From Deltaproteobacteria bacterium TL4 (GTDB lineage Bacteria; SAR324; NAC60-12), in the NCBI GenBank assembly GCA_051382335.1, contig JBBCAX010000150.1, forward strand, positions 30,727 through 94,726: a DNA stretch of 64,000 nt, read 5' to 3'. A program made the position numbers and the translations under genes. Positions within the stretch are counted from its first letter, which is position 1. Each line of letters opens with the position of its first letter. The notes beneath the pieces were generated by a model that did not search any database, was not told the DNA's origin, and saw only the letters and a list, made by a program, of their open reading frames with translations. This document shows, in pieces, positions 50,074 to 58,767 of the stretch.

Positions 50074-52722
50074 TCATGCGTCTAAAATTTTACGAATCAG
50101 CGTGACGACGTTATTGAGTTCGAAGGGTTTGCTTATTATGTCCCGAACCCCTTTTGCCCAAAGTTGATCTTTGTCAATATCAGTTCCGTATCCCGACATG
50201 ATGATCACAGGGAGCCCAGGGTTCTCTTGACTCAGGATCAAGGCCAGTTGTTCTCCGGTCATTTCTGGCATGGATTGATCGGTTAAAACAAGATCAAAGG
50301 CGTCTTTTTTCTGCTGTATCAAGGCCAACGCCGTCTTTCCATTATCCGCGATAGTCACGTGATAACCTATTTCCTTAAGGCCTTCCTGTAAAACCGAGGT
50401 AATGGTGTCTTCATCATCAATCACAAGAATTCGTTCGCCTTTGGTGGCCTTCCTGTAATTTCCAATGAACACAGGCGGTAATTCAACATAAACTTCAGGG
50501 AAAAATATTTCAAAAGTTGTTCCCCGCCCTTCTTCTGATTTTACCGTAATAGCGCCTCTATGATTTTCGACAATGCCATGAGCCACGGAAAGTCCCAAGC
50601 CCGCGCCTTCTCCGGGGGGTTTGGTTGTAAAAAAAGGATCAAATATCTGTTCTTTGACCGTTGCGTTCATCCCCGGACCGGTATCACTAATCACGAGTTT
50701 GATATAATCGCCAAGCGTGATATGCAACAGATTGGCTTCTTGATGACTCAACTTGACAGGTACCAAACGGATCGTTAAATCCCCTCCCGCACGCATCGCA
50801 TAAACGGCATTGGTACAGATATTCATGAAAACCTGATAAATTTGAGAATAGTTTCCCAATATTTTTGCTCCATTTTCATCAAGGTGTGTCTTGATATTGA
50901 TGTTTTTGGGCAAAATCGATTTGATCATTTTTATCGATTCCTTAATCACCGTGTTGATTTCAATAAGGGAATGCTCTTCACTGGATTGCCGGCTAAAGGT
51001 CAATATTTGTTTGACGGACTGGGCTCCTCGTTTACAATACTCAGAGGCACGCGCGATTAAGTTATGTATTTTCACATCGTCAGGTGGTGATTTCATTTTC
51101 AACATCTCCAGACTTAAGACAATTCCCTGCAGAATGTTGTTGAAATCATGCGCAATACCTCCTGAAAGTGTTCCAAGGGATTCAAGTCTTTGTGATCGTC
51201 TTAAGTGTTGCTCCAACTCCTTTTCATGAGTAATATCCTTTACGATGGCGATATAACTGATAATCCTCCCAGCCTTGTTTTTCACGGGAGAGATGGTCAC
51301 CATTTCTGTTAATAAGGCTCCATTTTTATTACGATTTATGATTTCTCCCGTCCACACTTTTCCTGACGCAATCGTTTCCCATAAATTTCGATAAAATTTA
51401 TCAGGATGTTTTTCACTTCTAAAAATACGTGGGTTTTTGCCACAAAGCTCTTGAAACGTGTAGCCTGAAATTTTTTCAAAGGAGGAATTCATGTACTCAA
51501 TGGCCCCCTCAGAATTAGTGATGAATATGCCCTCTGCCGCCTGTTCAATCGCAATGCTTAATTTATCTCTCTCTTCAGTAAGTTGACGTTGTTTTGAGAT
51601 ATCCCAGAACGCGGAGACAGAATAGACGATGTGATGTTCCTTATCAAAAACAGGCGTTGACCAAAGTTCTAAAGAGGTGGTTTGGTTTTCATAACAGAAA
51701 GCTATATCATCAGCATGTGCCTGCTCTCCGGCCAACGCTTTCATCATTGGATTTTCTTCAACAGGGTAAGCTTGAGTCACGCCTTCAAAATAAGGCTGAC
51801 GTATTTTGAACAACTGCGCCATGTCGGAACGTTGAATCACACTTTTGCCCAGTATTTCTTTGGCTTTAGTGTTGGCATAATAGGTTTTTTTCCGGGCATC
51901 CATGATGTGGACCCCTACAGGAACTGCGTCCATAAACTGCGCTAGTCTTTCTTCGCTTTTTCGTAAATCATTTTCCATCACCTGACGCATTGTCAAATCT
52001 TCCCGCATTTGAACACGCATGGAATTGATGGCATCAACCAACTCATCCAACTCATCCAACTCATCCTTTGGGGCGTCGGGCGTTATTTTACGATGGAGCG
52101 TCAAAGGCTGATCGAGTTGACCTAAACGAAGTTGCCGTGTGAAATTTCCGATTGTATTTAAATGTCGGGTTATCAGGTATTGAAAAATGAGTAGAATGAA
52201 GATCGAGATGAGAAAGGTCTTGATCGATTTTGTGACCAGAATCAATAAAATTTTGTCCAGAAGCCTCTGATAAATCGGATCCAGAGCAATCACGATCCGC
52301 ATTACGCCGAGGTCCCATTTTTCCTCTGAATGAGCGAAATACGTCAGTGGAAAGTACTTGACGGCAGGATCACTCTCGGGGGATCTGAGGTGGTTTTGAG
52401 TCCATTTAAGATCCTTGACCTCGACCTGTTGAATATTTCCCAGGCTTTTTATGCCTTTCAGTAAGAGTTCAAGCTGCTTCCGGTCAAAGTTCCACACGCT
52501 TAGCGTAACAGGCGCGACATAACTTTTTTGAATTAAGTCGAGCTGTTTGTCTATTAATTTGAGATCACTTCTGTAATCGACATACAATTGCAAGCCCGTT
52601 TCAACGAGAGTAAAAACAGTGCTGAACAAAAGAATCGCCAACAGCAAACGGTAATTAAGACGATGCGACTCTTTGTACACAGCTCGATTAAAAAGGGAAT
52701 AGTTAGGGCTTTTCATATTCAA
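50074..52722 (-). CDS. Hybrid sensor histidine kinase (two TMs, HAMP, two PAS, HisKA, HATPase, REC)
   Basis: GGIAHDFNNIL, NICTNA, DTGPGM, FDPFFTTK..GEGAGLGL; receiver LVIDDE..LTDQSMP..KP. Confidence 0.95.
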   Translation of the reverse strand: MNMKSPNYSLFNRAVYKESHRLNYRLLLAILLFSTVFTLVETGLQLYVDYRSDLKLIDKQLDLIQKSYVAPVTLSVWNFDRKQLELLLKGIKSLGNIQQVEVKDLKWTQNHLRSPESDPAVKYFPLTYFAHSEEKWDLGVMRIVIALDPIYQRLLDKILLILVTKSIKTFLISIFILLIFQYLITRHLNTIGNFTRQLRLGQLDQPLTLHRKITPDAPKDELDELDELVDAINSMRVQMREDLTMRQVMENDLRKSEERLAQFMDAVPVGVHIMDARKKTYYANTKAKEILGKSVIQRSDMAQLFKIRQPYFEGVTQAYPVEENPMMKALAGEQAHADDIAFCYENQTTSLELWSTPVFDKEHHIVYSVSAFWDISKQRQLTEERDKLSIAIEQAAEGIFITNSEGAIEYMNSSFEKISGYTFQELCGKNPRIFRSEKHPDKFYRNLWETIASGKVWTGEIINRNKNGALLTEMVTISPVKNKAGRIISYIAIVKDITHEKELEQHLRRSQRLESLGTLSGGIAHDFNNILQGIVLSLEMLKMKSPPDDVKIHNLIARASEYCKRGAQSVKQILTFSRQSSEEHSLIEINTVIKESIKMIKSILPKNINIKTHLDENGAKILGNYSQIYQVFMNICTNAVYAMRAGGDLTIRLVPVKLSHQEANLLHITLGDYIKLVISDTGPGMNATVKEQIFDPFFTTKPPGEGAGLGLSVAHGIVENHRGAITVKSEEGRGTTFEIFFPEVYVELPPVFIGNYRKATKGERILVIDDEDTITSVLQEGLKEIGYHVTIADNGKTALALIQQKKDAFDLVLTDQSMPEMTGEQLALILSQENPGLPVIIMSGYGTDIDKDQLWAKGVRDIISKPFELNNVVTLIRKILDA

Positions 52723-52880
52723 TTCGGGGCATTCAGCCTACGCTTCTACTTGGTTGAGGTAGTTCGTAAACTATTAAGTTTATAAAAGGCCGGTAACAAG
52801 GATTACGAGTATCATCCTTCTAAGCATTATACGAAAAAAATAACAAACCAAGATTAAAGCAAAAGCGAGATTTTGAACGT

Positions 52881-54176
52881 TTATTTCAGTATTTCTATTC
52901 CAAGTAAGGTACAATCATCTTTAAATAATTTTTGCTTCGAATATTCGAGACCATAAGCATAAAGTGAGTCGAGAAGCGATTGAATGGGAGAAGCACTGTG
53001 AGCCAACAAGAATTTTTCCAGTCCTTCGATTTCAAAAAGTTGTTCTTGTTCATTACAGATTTCAATAATGGCATCCGTGTATAACAACAATTTATCTCCT
53101 GGCTGCATTTGGATCGTTGCTTCTTCAATGTGTGCCATTTTGTCGGGAAAAATCCCGACTGGCATTCCTTGCGTCTTAATTGAAAGGACCTCAAGCGGAG
53201 ATTGCCTGATGATCATTCCTGGAGGATGTCCGGTACTGGTATACGTGAGTTTCTGATGCACCGTATCATAAATCGCGTAAAAAATGGACGCGTATTTCCC
53301 CGCTTGAAGTGTTTTGCACATTAAATTATTGACTTTGTTCAAGACTACCTGGGTGGAGAGGCGATTATGACAGGCTTGAGTAAAGGCGGTAGAAACCATA
53401 AACGAAATTAGCGCCGCAGAAAGTCCATGTCCGGTTACGTCCGCAACAAACAATCCAAAATAATGGTCCCTTACCTGAACAATATTATAGAGATCGCCTC
53501 CAACTTGGAGCATCGGAACATACTTGGCCGCAACGTTAACATGGGGAATTACAGGCAATTTTTTGGGGAGCAAACTCATCTGGGTTTTACGCGCTTCTTC
53601 CAACTCTTGATTGAAGATTTCCTGCTGAGACTTGATCGTTTGATAGGCGTTTTCCAACTCGGAGGTACGTTCTTTGACTTTATTTTCAAGAGAGGCATTC
53701 AGTATGAGCAATTCTTTGATGAGCCTGATATTATGCTGTCCCAGTTCATAAGCCTCTAACCCCCTTTTCACCGTTACTAACAGTTCTTTAGGATCAATGG
53801 GTTTGGTTAGGTACTTGTAAATCTGTCCTTCGTTAATACAATCAATAATGGAATTTATATCTTTAGTGGCGGTGAGGATGATACGAATGGATCTGGGAAT
53901 AAGGGGTCTAATATTCTTGAACAGTTCCACACCCGTCATTTGGGGCATTGATTGACCTGAAATAATACAATGGATGTCCTCAGGATTCTCAATATTTTTT
54001 ATCAAAGCTAAGGCTTCCTTCCCGCTTTTTGCGGTCAAAACCGTGTATTCTTTGCCCAAGATGGCGGAAAGAGAATTAAGACTCGATTCCTCATCGTTCA
54101 CAAGCAATACGTTGTACTGTTTGGTTTGATCGGTAGTGATCAGAGTTTGGATTTTTATAGAGTCGGAAACGTTCAT
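52881..54176 (-). CDS. Receiver-like domain, coiled coil and PP2C/SpoIIE phosphatase fusion
   Basis: N-terminal REC-like (LLVNDE, IISGQSMP, YLTKP); VGGDLY, ADVTGHG, YTDAI, DDCT. Confidence 0.92.
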   Translation of the reverse strand: MNVSDSIKIQTLITTDQTKQYNVLLVNDEESSLNSLSAILGKEYTVLTAKSGKEALALIKNIENPEDIHCIISGQSMPQMTGVELFKNIRPLIPRSIRIILTATKDINSIIDCINEGQIYKYLTKPIDPKELLVTVKRGLEAYELGQHNIRLIKELLILNASLENKVKERTSELENAYQTIKSQQEIFNQELEEARKTQMSLLPKKLPVIPHVNVAAKYVPMLQVGGDLYNIVQVRDHYFGLFVADVTGHGLSAALISFMVSTAFTQACHNRLSTQVVLNKVNNLMCKTLQAGKYASIFYAIYDTVHQKLTYTSTGHPPGMIIRQSPLEVLSIKTQGMPVGIFPDKMAHIEEATIQMQPGDKLLLYTDAIIEICNEQEQLFEIEGLEKFLLAHSASPIQSLLDSLYAYGLEYSKQKLFKDDCTLLGIEILK

Positions 54177-54297
54177 TGATCACCTATTTTAAAAGACCAG
54201 TTTGCTCTTCACTCAGTTGCTATAAACGTGTTTGAGCCTCTTGATTCCGAGGTGTTTGTGAAGTGCGCCCCAAAATAAAAAAAACAATCACGATTTC

Positions 54298-55440
54298 TCA
54301 GAACCCAATAAAACTTCTCAACTCTTGATAACTTTCAATAATTTTTTGAGTTTTTTCTGTGGCCATTAGCCGTCTACGCTCGTTAGTCCCAGCTTTGTCG
54401 GGATGCCAGAAAGCGAGCAAATCCTTATACGCCTGCTTCATTTCATCAGTACTTGCGCCCACAGTCAGCTCCAAAGTAGCGTAGGCTTCCAGCAGTTTTG
54501 GCGGCAAAAGCGCTTCGGTTTCTTTAATCAAAGCCTGCTTCTTTTTCTGGAGTTCCGCTTCTTTTTTTATCAGTTTTTCTTCTGCTCGTTGAAGGAGGTT
54601 GGCAATATTGTTTTTCCCCGCTTCAGTAGCAAGAACCATGGGTGTTTTTCCATTCGAGGCTTTAATTCGAGGATCCGCCCCTTGTTCGAGCAGAACTTTA
54701 ACCACCGAAATGTGCCCCAGATTTGTGGCTTCCAATAAGGCGGTGGCTTTGTCTACCTGAATGAGGGAGGTCGGTTTGCCCATTTTATTAACATCGGCAC
54801 CCAGATCAATCAGGCACTTCACTACTTCAACTTCACCACAGTACGAAGCATAAATAATCGGTAAGGTTCCCTCATGATTAGGGACATTAATGTCAATGCC
54901 GTAACCATGTAAAAATTTAATCGAAGGAATGGCTTTCTGATGTGCGGCAGGAATCACCTCATTCAGGCAATACGCGCCATCCTCAGCACTGATTTTAGCC
55001 CCACATTTCAAGAGGTATTCAGCAATATCCAATTTGTGGCGGGCGATGGCCAACCAAAAAGCATTGAGCCCCTTAAAGGGAGCGCTTTTGCATTTTGCGT
55101 TAATATCCATCCCATGCTTGACCAAAAGATCAACTAATTCCAAATCTCCTTGTCGGACCGCGATCATCAAGATATTGCCGAACTTTTCATTTTCTACATA
55201 CAGGTCCGCGCCTGCTTCTATTAACGTTTTAATTACCTCAATTTGACCTTTGCGTTCTAAAGCGGATAATGCTGCGGCTGTTAAAGCATAATTATAGTCT
55301 CCTGAAATGCTAACATCAACCTCACCCACATATTTTAAATAGTTTTTGACAACCTCCAAGTCTCCTGTGTGTGCCGCAAAAACAAAGCGTTTGGGTTGGA
55401 TCGGAAATTTCTTATGAATAATTTCATTTATCAGCCCCAT
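54298..55440 (-). CDS. Ankyrin-repeat protein with a C-terminal J-domain
   Basis: Several ankyrin repeats (e.g. TALLEATNLGH..VVKVLLEQGAD); AYATLEL...MKQAYK.L..FWHPDK. Start may be TTG at 55452. Confidence 0.9.
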   Translation of the reverse strand: MGLINEIIHKKFPIQPKRFVFAAHTGDLEVVKNYLKYVGEVDVSISGDYNYALTAAALSALERKGQIEVIKTLIEAGADLYVENEKFGNILMIAVRQGDLELVDLLVKHGMDINAKCKSAPFKGLNAFWLAIARHKLDIAEYLLKCGAKISAEDGAYCLNEVIPAAHQKAIPSIKFLHGYGIDINVPNHEGTLPIIYASYCGEVEVVKCLIDLGADVNKMGKPTSLIQVDKATALLEATNLGHISVVKVLLEQGADPRIKASNGKTPMVLATEAGKNNIANLLQRAEEKLIKKEAELQKKKQALIKETEALLPPKLLEAYATLELTVGASTDEMKQAYKDLLAFWHPDKAGTNERRRLMATEKTQKIIESYQELRSFIGF

Positions 55441-55486
55441 ACTAACTCTCAACTATTTATAATGTGTCATTACCCGGAAAAACGCA

Positions 55487-56578
55487 TCAGCCTTTTGTTC
55501 TTTCAAACTCTTTCATAAACGCGACTAAAGACTCAACACCTTCAAGCGGCATCGCATTATAAATGGATGCACGAACTCCGCCAACGTTGCGGTGTCCCTT
55601 TAAGGCGTACAAGCCTTGCGCTGTCGCGCCTTTGACGAACGCGTTCAGCAGTTCCTCATTGGGCAATACGAACGTCGCGTTCATGAGGGAGCGGTGATCT
55701 TTGTGTACGGTTGCCTTGTAGAACTGACTGTCATCCAGGCATTTATAGATCAACGCTGCTTTTTTACGGTTGACTTTCTCAATGGCTTTCACGCCGCCTT
55801 GGTCTTTCATCCATTGTAATATCAGATTGAGCATATAAACCGCAAAAGTATTGATCGTATTGGAAACGGAGTGGTTTGCCGCATAATCCGCATAGTCCAG
55901 GAGGGTAGGCGTTTCGGGAATTGCTTTTCCCAGTAAATCTTCTCTGACAAAAACCAAAGCCATTCCTGAAGGCCCCAGGTTCTTCTGCAAACCCGCATAG
56001 ATCACACCGAACTTGGAATAATCCACGGTTCTTGAAAGAATCTCAGAAGTCATATCCGCGATCAAGGGAATAGTTCCTGTATCCGGAAAGGTTTGCCATG
56101 CGGTTCCATAAATCGTATTATTGCTGGTGATGTGTAAATAAGCGGCATCCTGATCCATTTTGGCGATATCGATTTCAGGAATTCGATCAAAGCGAGTTCC
56201 TGCACTGCTTGCCAGAATTTCAGACTTTCCATAGCGCATGGCTTCTTTTTGAGCAAGTTTCGCAAAATCACCCGATTCTACATAGTATGCTTTTTTTGAA
56301 GCGCTACGACCGATGAAATTCATGGGGATGGCGGAAAACTGCATTCGGGCACCACCATGCACATACAAAATTTTGTAATTATCTGGTAAATTTGCGAGTT
56401 CTTTGATCAACGCATCCGTCTGATCCATCAGTTCAATAAATTCTTTTGAACGGTGACTGATCTCTATCAAAGAGGCTCCCAGGCCTCGGTAATCCAGGAA
56501 TTCCTGTTGCACTTTCTCCATTACCGGGGTGGGCAGCATTGCGGGACCAGCACTAAAATTATAAACTCTTGATGTCAT
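55487..56578 (-). CDS. serC: Phosphoserine aminotransferase
   Basis: YNFSAGPA, EISHRS, NNTIYG, QKNLGPSG, LKGHRNVGGVRASIYNA; AAGGAG RBS before the ATG at 56578. Confidence 0.97.
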   Translation of the reverse strand: MTSRVYNFSAGPAMLPTPVMEKVQQEFLDYRGLGASLIEISHRSKEFIELMDQTDALIKELANLPDNYKILYVHGGARMQFSAIPMNFIGRSASKKAYYVESGDFAKLAQKEAMRYGKSEILASSAGTRFDRIPEIDIAKMDQDAAYLHITSNNTIYGTAWQTFPDTGTIPLIADMTSEILSRTVDYSKFGVIYAGLQKNLGPSGMALVFVREDLLGKAIPETPTLLDYADYAANHSVSNTINTFAVYMLNLILQWMKDQGGVKAIEKVNRKKAALIYKCLDDSQFYKATVHKDHRSLMNATFVLPNEELLNAFVKGATAQGLYALKGHRNVGGVRASIYNAMPLEGVESLVAFMKEFERTKG

Positions 56579-56746
56579 TTTATACTCCTTCACAAAAAGT
56601 TATTTTTAAACAGGTAAATTTTACTTTATCCTGAAATGAGAACGTCCTTTCATTCTCATTGCTTCTCTACACATTCGCTCCAGCGGTTCAAAGGTTGGTG
56701 TCCCACTTGAGTTTTCAAGCCTGCCCCATCAAAGCGGAGCCTTCAA

Positions 56747-57916
56747 CTACAAACTACGAACTTTGATCACCCCTTCAATGTTTTCCAGAATAGAAATCAG
56801 TTCTGGAGTCGGAGGTAAATCTATATCGAGTAAATTGTAAGCAATTTCTCCTCTACTTTTATTCAACATATCACAAACATTGATGTTTTTATCCGCCAGG
56901 ATTCCGAGAACTTTGCCCAGCATTTTGGGAATATTCTTATTGGAAAGCGCAATCCGGTTACCGGTGGTTCGTTCAAGGATCAATTCAGGAAAATTGACGG
57001 AGTTATGAATGTTTCCATTTTCCAGAAAATCAATCAACTCATTTGCGGCCATAATCGCGCAGTTGTCTTCAGCTTCAGTGGTGCTGGCACCAAGATGAGG
57101 CAGCATAATCACTTCCTTGCGACCCAGTAATTCGGGCGCGGGGAAATCGCTCACATAGCGGGCAAGTTTGCCTTCATCTATTGCAGCTAAGACGGCGGCA
57201 TTATCCACAACTTCACCTCTTGAAAAATTGATCAAACAGGCTCCTGTTTGAAAAGAACGAATCGATTCTTTATTAATCAAGTTACGCGTACTTTCCATGA
57301 TAGGCAGGTGCAAGGAAATGTAGTCTGACTTTGCCAGTAACGAGGGGAGATTCTCCATTTTTTTGATCTCACTGGATAACCGCCAGGCGGCATCAACTGA
57401 AATGGCGGGGTCATAACCCAGGACCTTCATTCCCAATTTCAGGCCAACTTCAGCAACCATGGAACCGATGGCTCCCAAGCCTACAACTCCAAGGGTTTTC
57501 CCCAAAAGTTCTTGACCTCCAAATTTACTTTTTTCCTTCTCCACCAATTGATTCATTTCATTTTTATCAGTTATATGACGGAGTCCCTGGACATAATTGG
57601 CACCATCCAAAATCCCACGTGACGCCAGCAACAAAGCGACGACGCTGATTTCTTTAACAGCATTGGCATTGGCTCCCGGGGTATTAAAAACGGGAATGCC
57701 TAACTCTGTACAATGATCCACAGGAATATTATTAACACCGGCACCGGCACGACCAATGGCTTTTAAGGAAGGAACGATGTCTTCGGTGCTAAGCTTGTAA
57801 CTCCTCAACAGCACCGCATCAGGATGCTGGAGTTCACTGTCAATTTTATACTTTTCACGTGAAAATTGATCTAAGCCTTTTGCGGAAATTTGATTGAGTG
57901 TGAGTATTTTAAACAT
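56747..57916 (-). CDS. serA: D-3-phosphoglycerate dehydrogenase with C-terminal ACT domain
   Basis: RAGAGVNNI, NTPGANANAVKE, GLGAIG, PHLGAST.EAE; AAGGAG RBS before the ATG at 57916; upstream of serC. Confidence 0.95.
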   Translation of the reverse strand: MFKILTLNQISAKGLDQFSREKYKIDSELQHPDAVLLRSYKLSTEDIVPSLKAIGRAGAGVNNIPVDHCTELGIPVFNTPGANANAVKEISVVALLLASRGILDGANYVQGLRHITDKNEMNQLVEKEKSKFGGQELLGKTLGVVGLGAIGSMVAEVGLKLGMKVLGYDPAISVDAAWRLSSEIKKMENLPSLLAKSDYISLHLPIMESTRNLINKESIRSFQTGACLINFSRGEVVDNAAVLAAIDEGKLARYVSDFPAPELLGRKEVIMLPHLGASTTEAEDNCAIMAANELIDFLENGNIHNSVNFPELILERTTGNRIALSNKNIPKMLGKVLGILADKNINVCDMLNKSRGEIAYNLLDIDLPPTPELISILENIEGVIKVRSL

Positions 57917-58239
57917 GGGTTCTCCTTTGAGAATGAATTCCAAACTTTATGAGTGTACTAAAATTTTTGTATTTTGTAGGGGTCGAGATCATATTATTGC
58001 AGCCTCTGTATGGAAAGTTGTTCAAGCTAGACACGGTCACGATTAAGACACTTTATCACCTTCGAGGAACGGCCTTAGGTCTCAGGTGCTTCCCTGAAAG
58101 CGTTTTTGTTCACCCACTAATGAATTGGTTGCATCGGATTTTTTTGTCGGAAAGCCATCACCCTAACCAAGGATACAAAAAAACCTCGTAAACGAGTGAC
58201 TAATTAAAAAAATAAGCACAAAGTTACAAGCTTTTATAA

Positions 58240-58321
58240 TAGACATCTTTCCAAAAGAGAACCTGGATTTTAAAGGATTTGTGGGTATGAGCCTCCTCCT
58301 TTACAGCTTTTCAGAATTTCA
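58240..58321. repeat. Uninterrupted copy of the dispersed ~82-bp repeat at 34387-34571
   Basis: TAGACATCTTTCCAAAA-GA-GAACCTGGATTTTAAAGGATTTGTGGGTATGAGCCTC...CAGAATTTCA. Confidence 0.85.
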
Positions 58322-58389
58322 TCTGGTATATCGGCGATATATCCTTGGTCTTCTTCACAAGAAAATACATTTACAGGATAATCTTTCAT
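58321..58389 (-). pseudogene. hicB: HicB-like antitoxin, 5' fragment
   Basis: Manual translation MKDYPVNVFSCEEDQGYIADIPD; ATG overlaps the hicA stop (TAATG); cut off by the dispersed repeat. Confidence 0.7.
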
Positions 58390-58478
58390 TATTTATTCTC
58401 CATTTGAAGGTTGTATCGTTTGATTATCTGCAACAGTTGTTTAATCTGATAAGGTTTAGCTTTGCCTTTTACATTTTC
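58389..58478 (-). pseudogene. hicA: HicA-like toxin, 3' fragment
   Basis: Manual translation ENVKGKAKPYQIKQLLQIIKRYNLQMENK-stop; the GKAKPYQ.KQ motif is typical of HicA C-termini. Confidence 0.72.
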
Positions 58479-58500
58479 GCAACAGCGCGATGATTTCTAC

Positions 58501-58571
58501 GAATCGCCGTATGCGGAACCGCATGTATGATGGAGTGGGAGATGGCGGAGAAAAACCGCTACCTCCCCAAT
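58501..58571 (+). mobile_element. Group II intron (class C-like) remnant: domains V-VI only
   Basis: GAATCGCCGTATGCG-GAAC-CGCATGTATGATGG matches the IIC D5 pattern, followed by a D6-like GGGAG..GGCGG/CCGCT..CTCCC stem ending AAT; no RT ORF nearby. Confidence 0.72.
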
Positions 58572-58767
58572 TGGGGATTTTAAAATTGTACTAATTGTAA
58601 CCAAACTTATCTTAACTCCTGGTGAATACCGGTCAATTTTATTCCTACCTCAAAGCACTTTTTCTTGGAATTTTTGACGGACAGGATATGAACGATTTCC
58701 CCCATGGCCTTATAGATCAACTTACGACCATAAAATCCCAAGGTGATTTTTTCGCCTGGTGTTATTT

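Noticed and set aside
57949..58191. 80-aa ORF or glycine riboswitch upstream of serA
   Set aside because: No RBS or recognisable protein features; GAAGG and TTTCAGG occur in the wrong order for a glycine aptamer.
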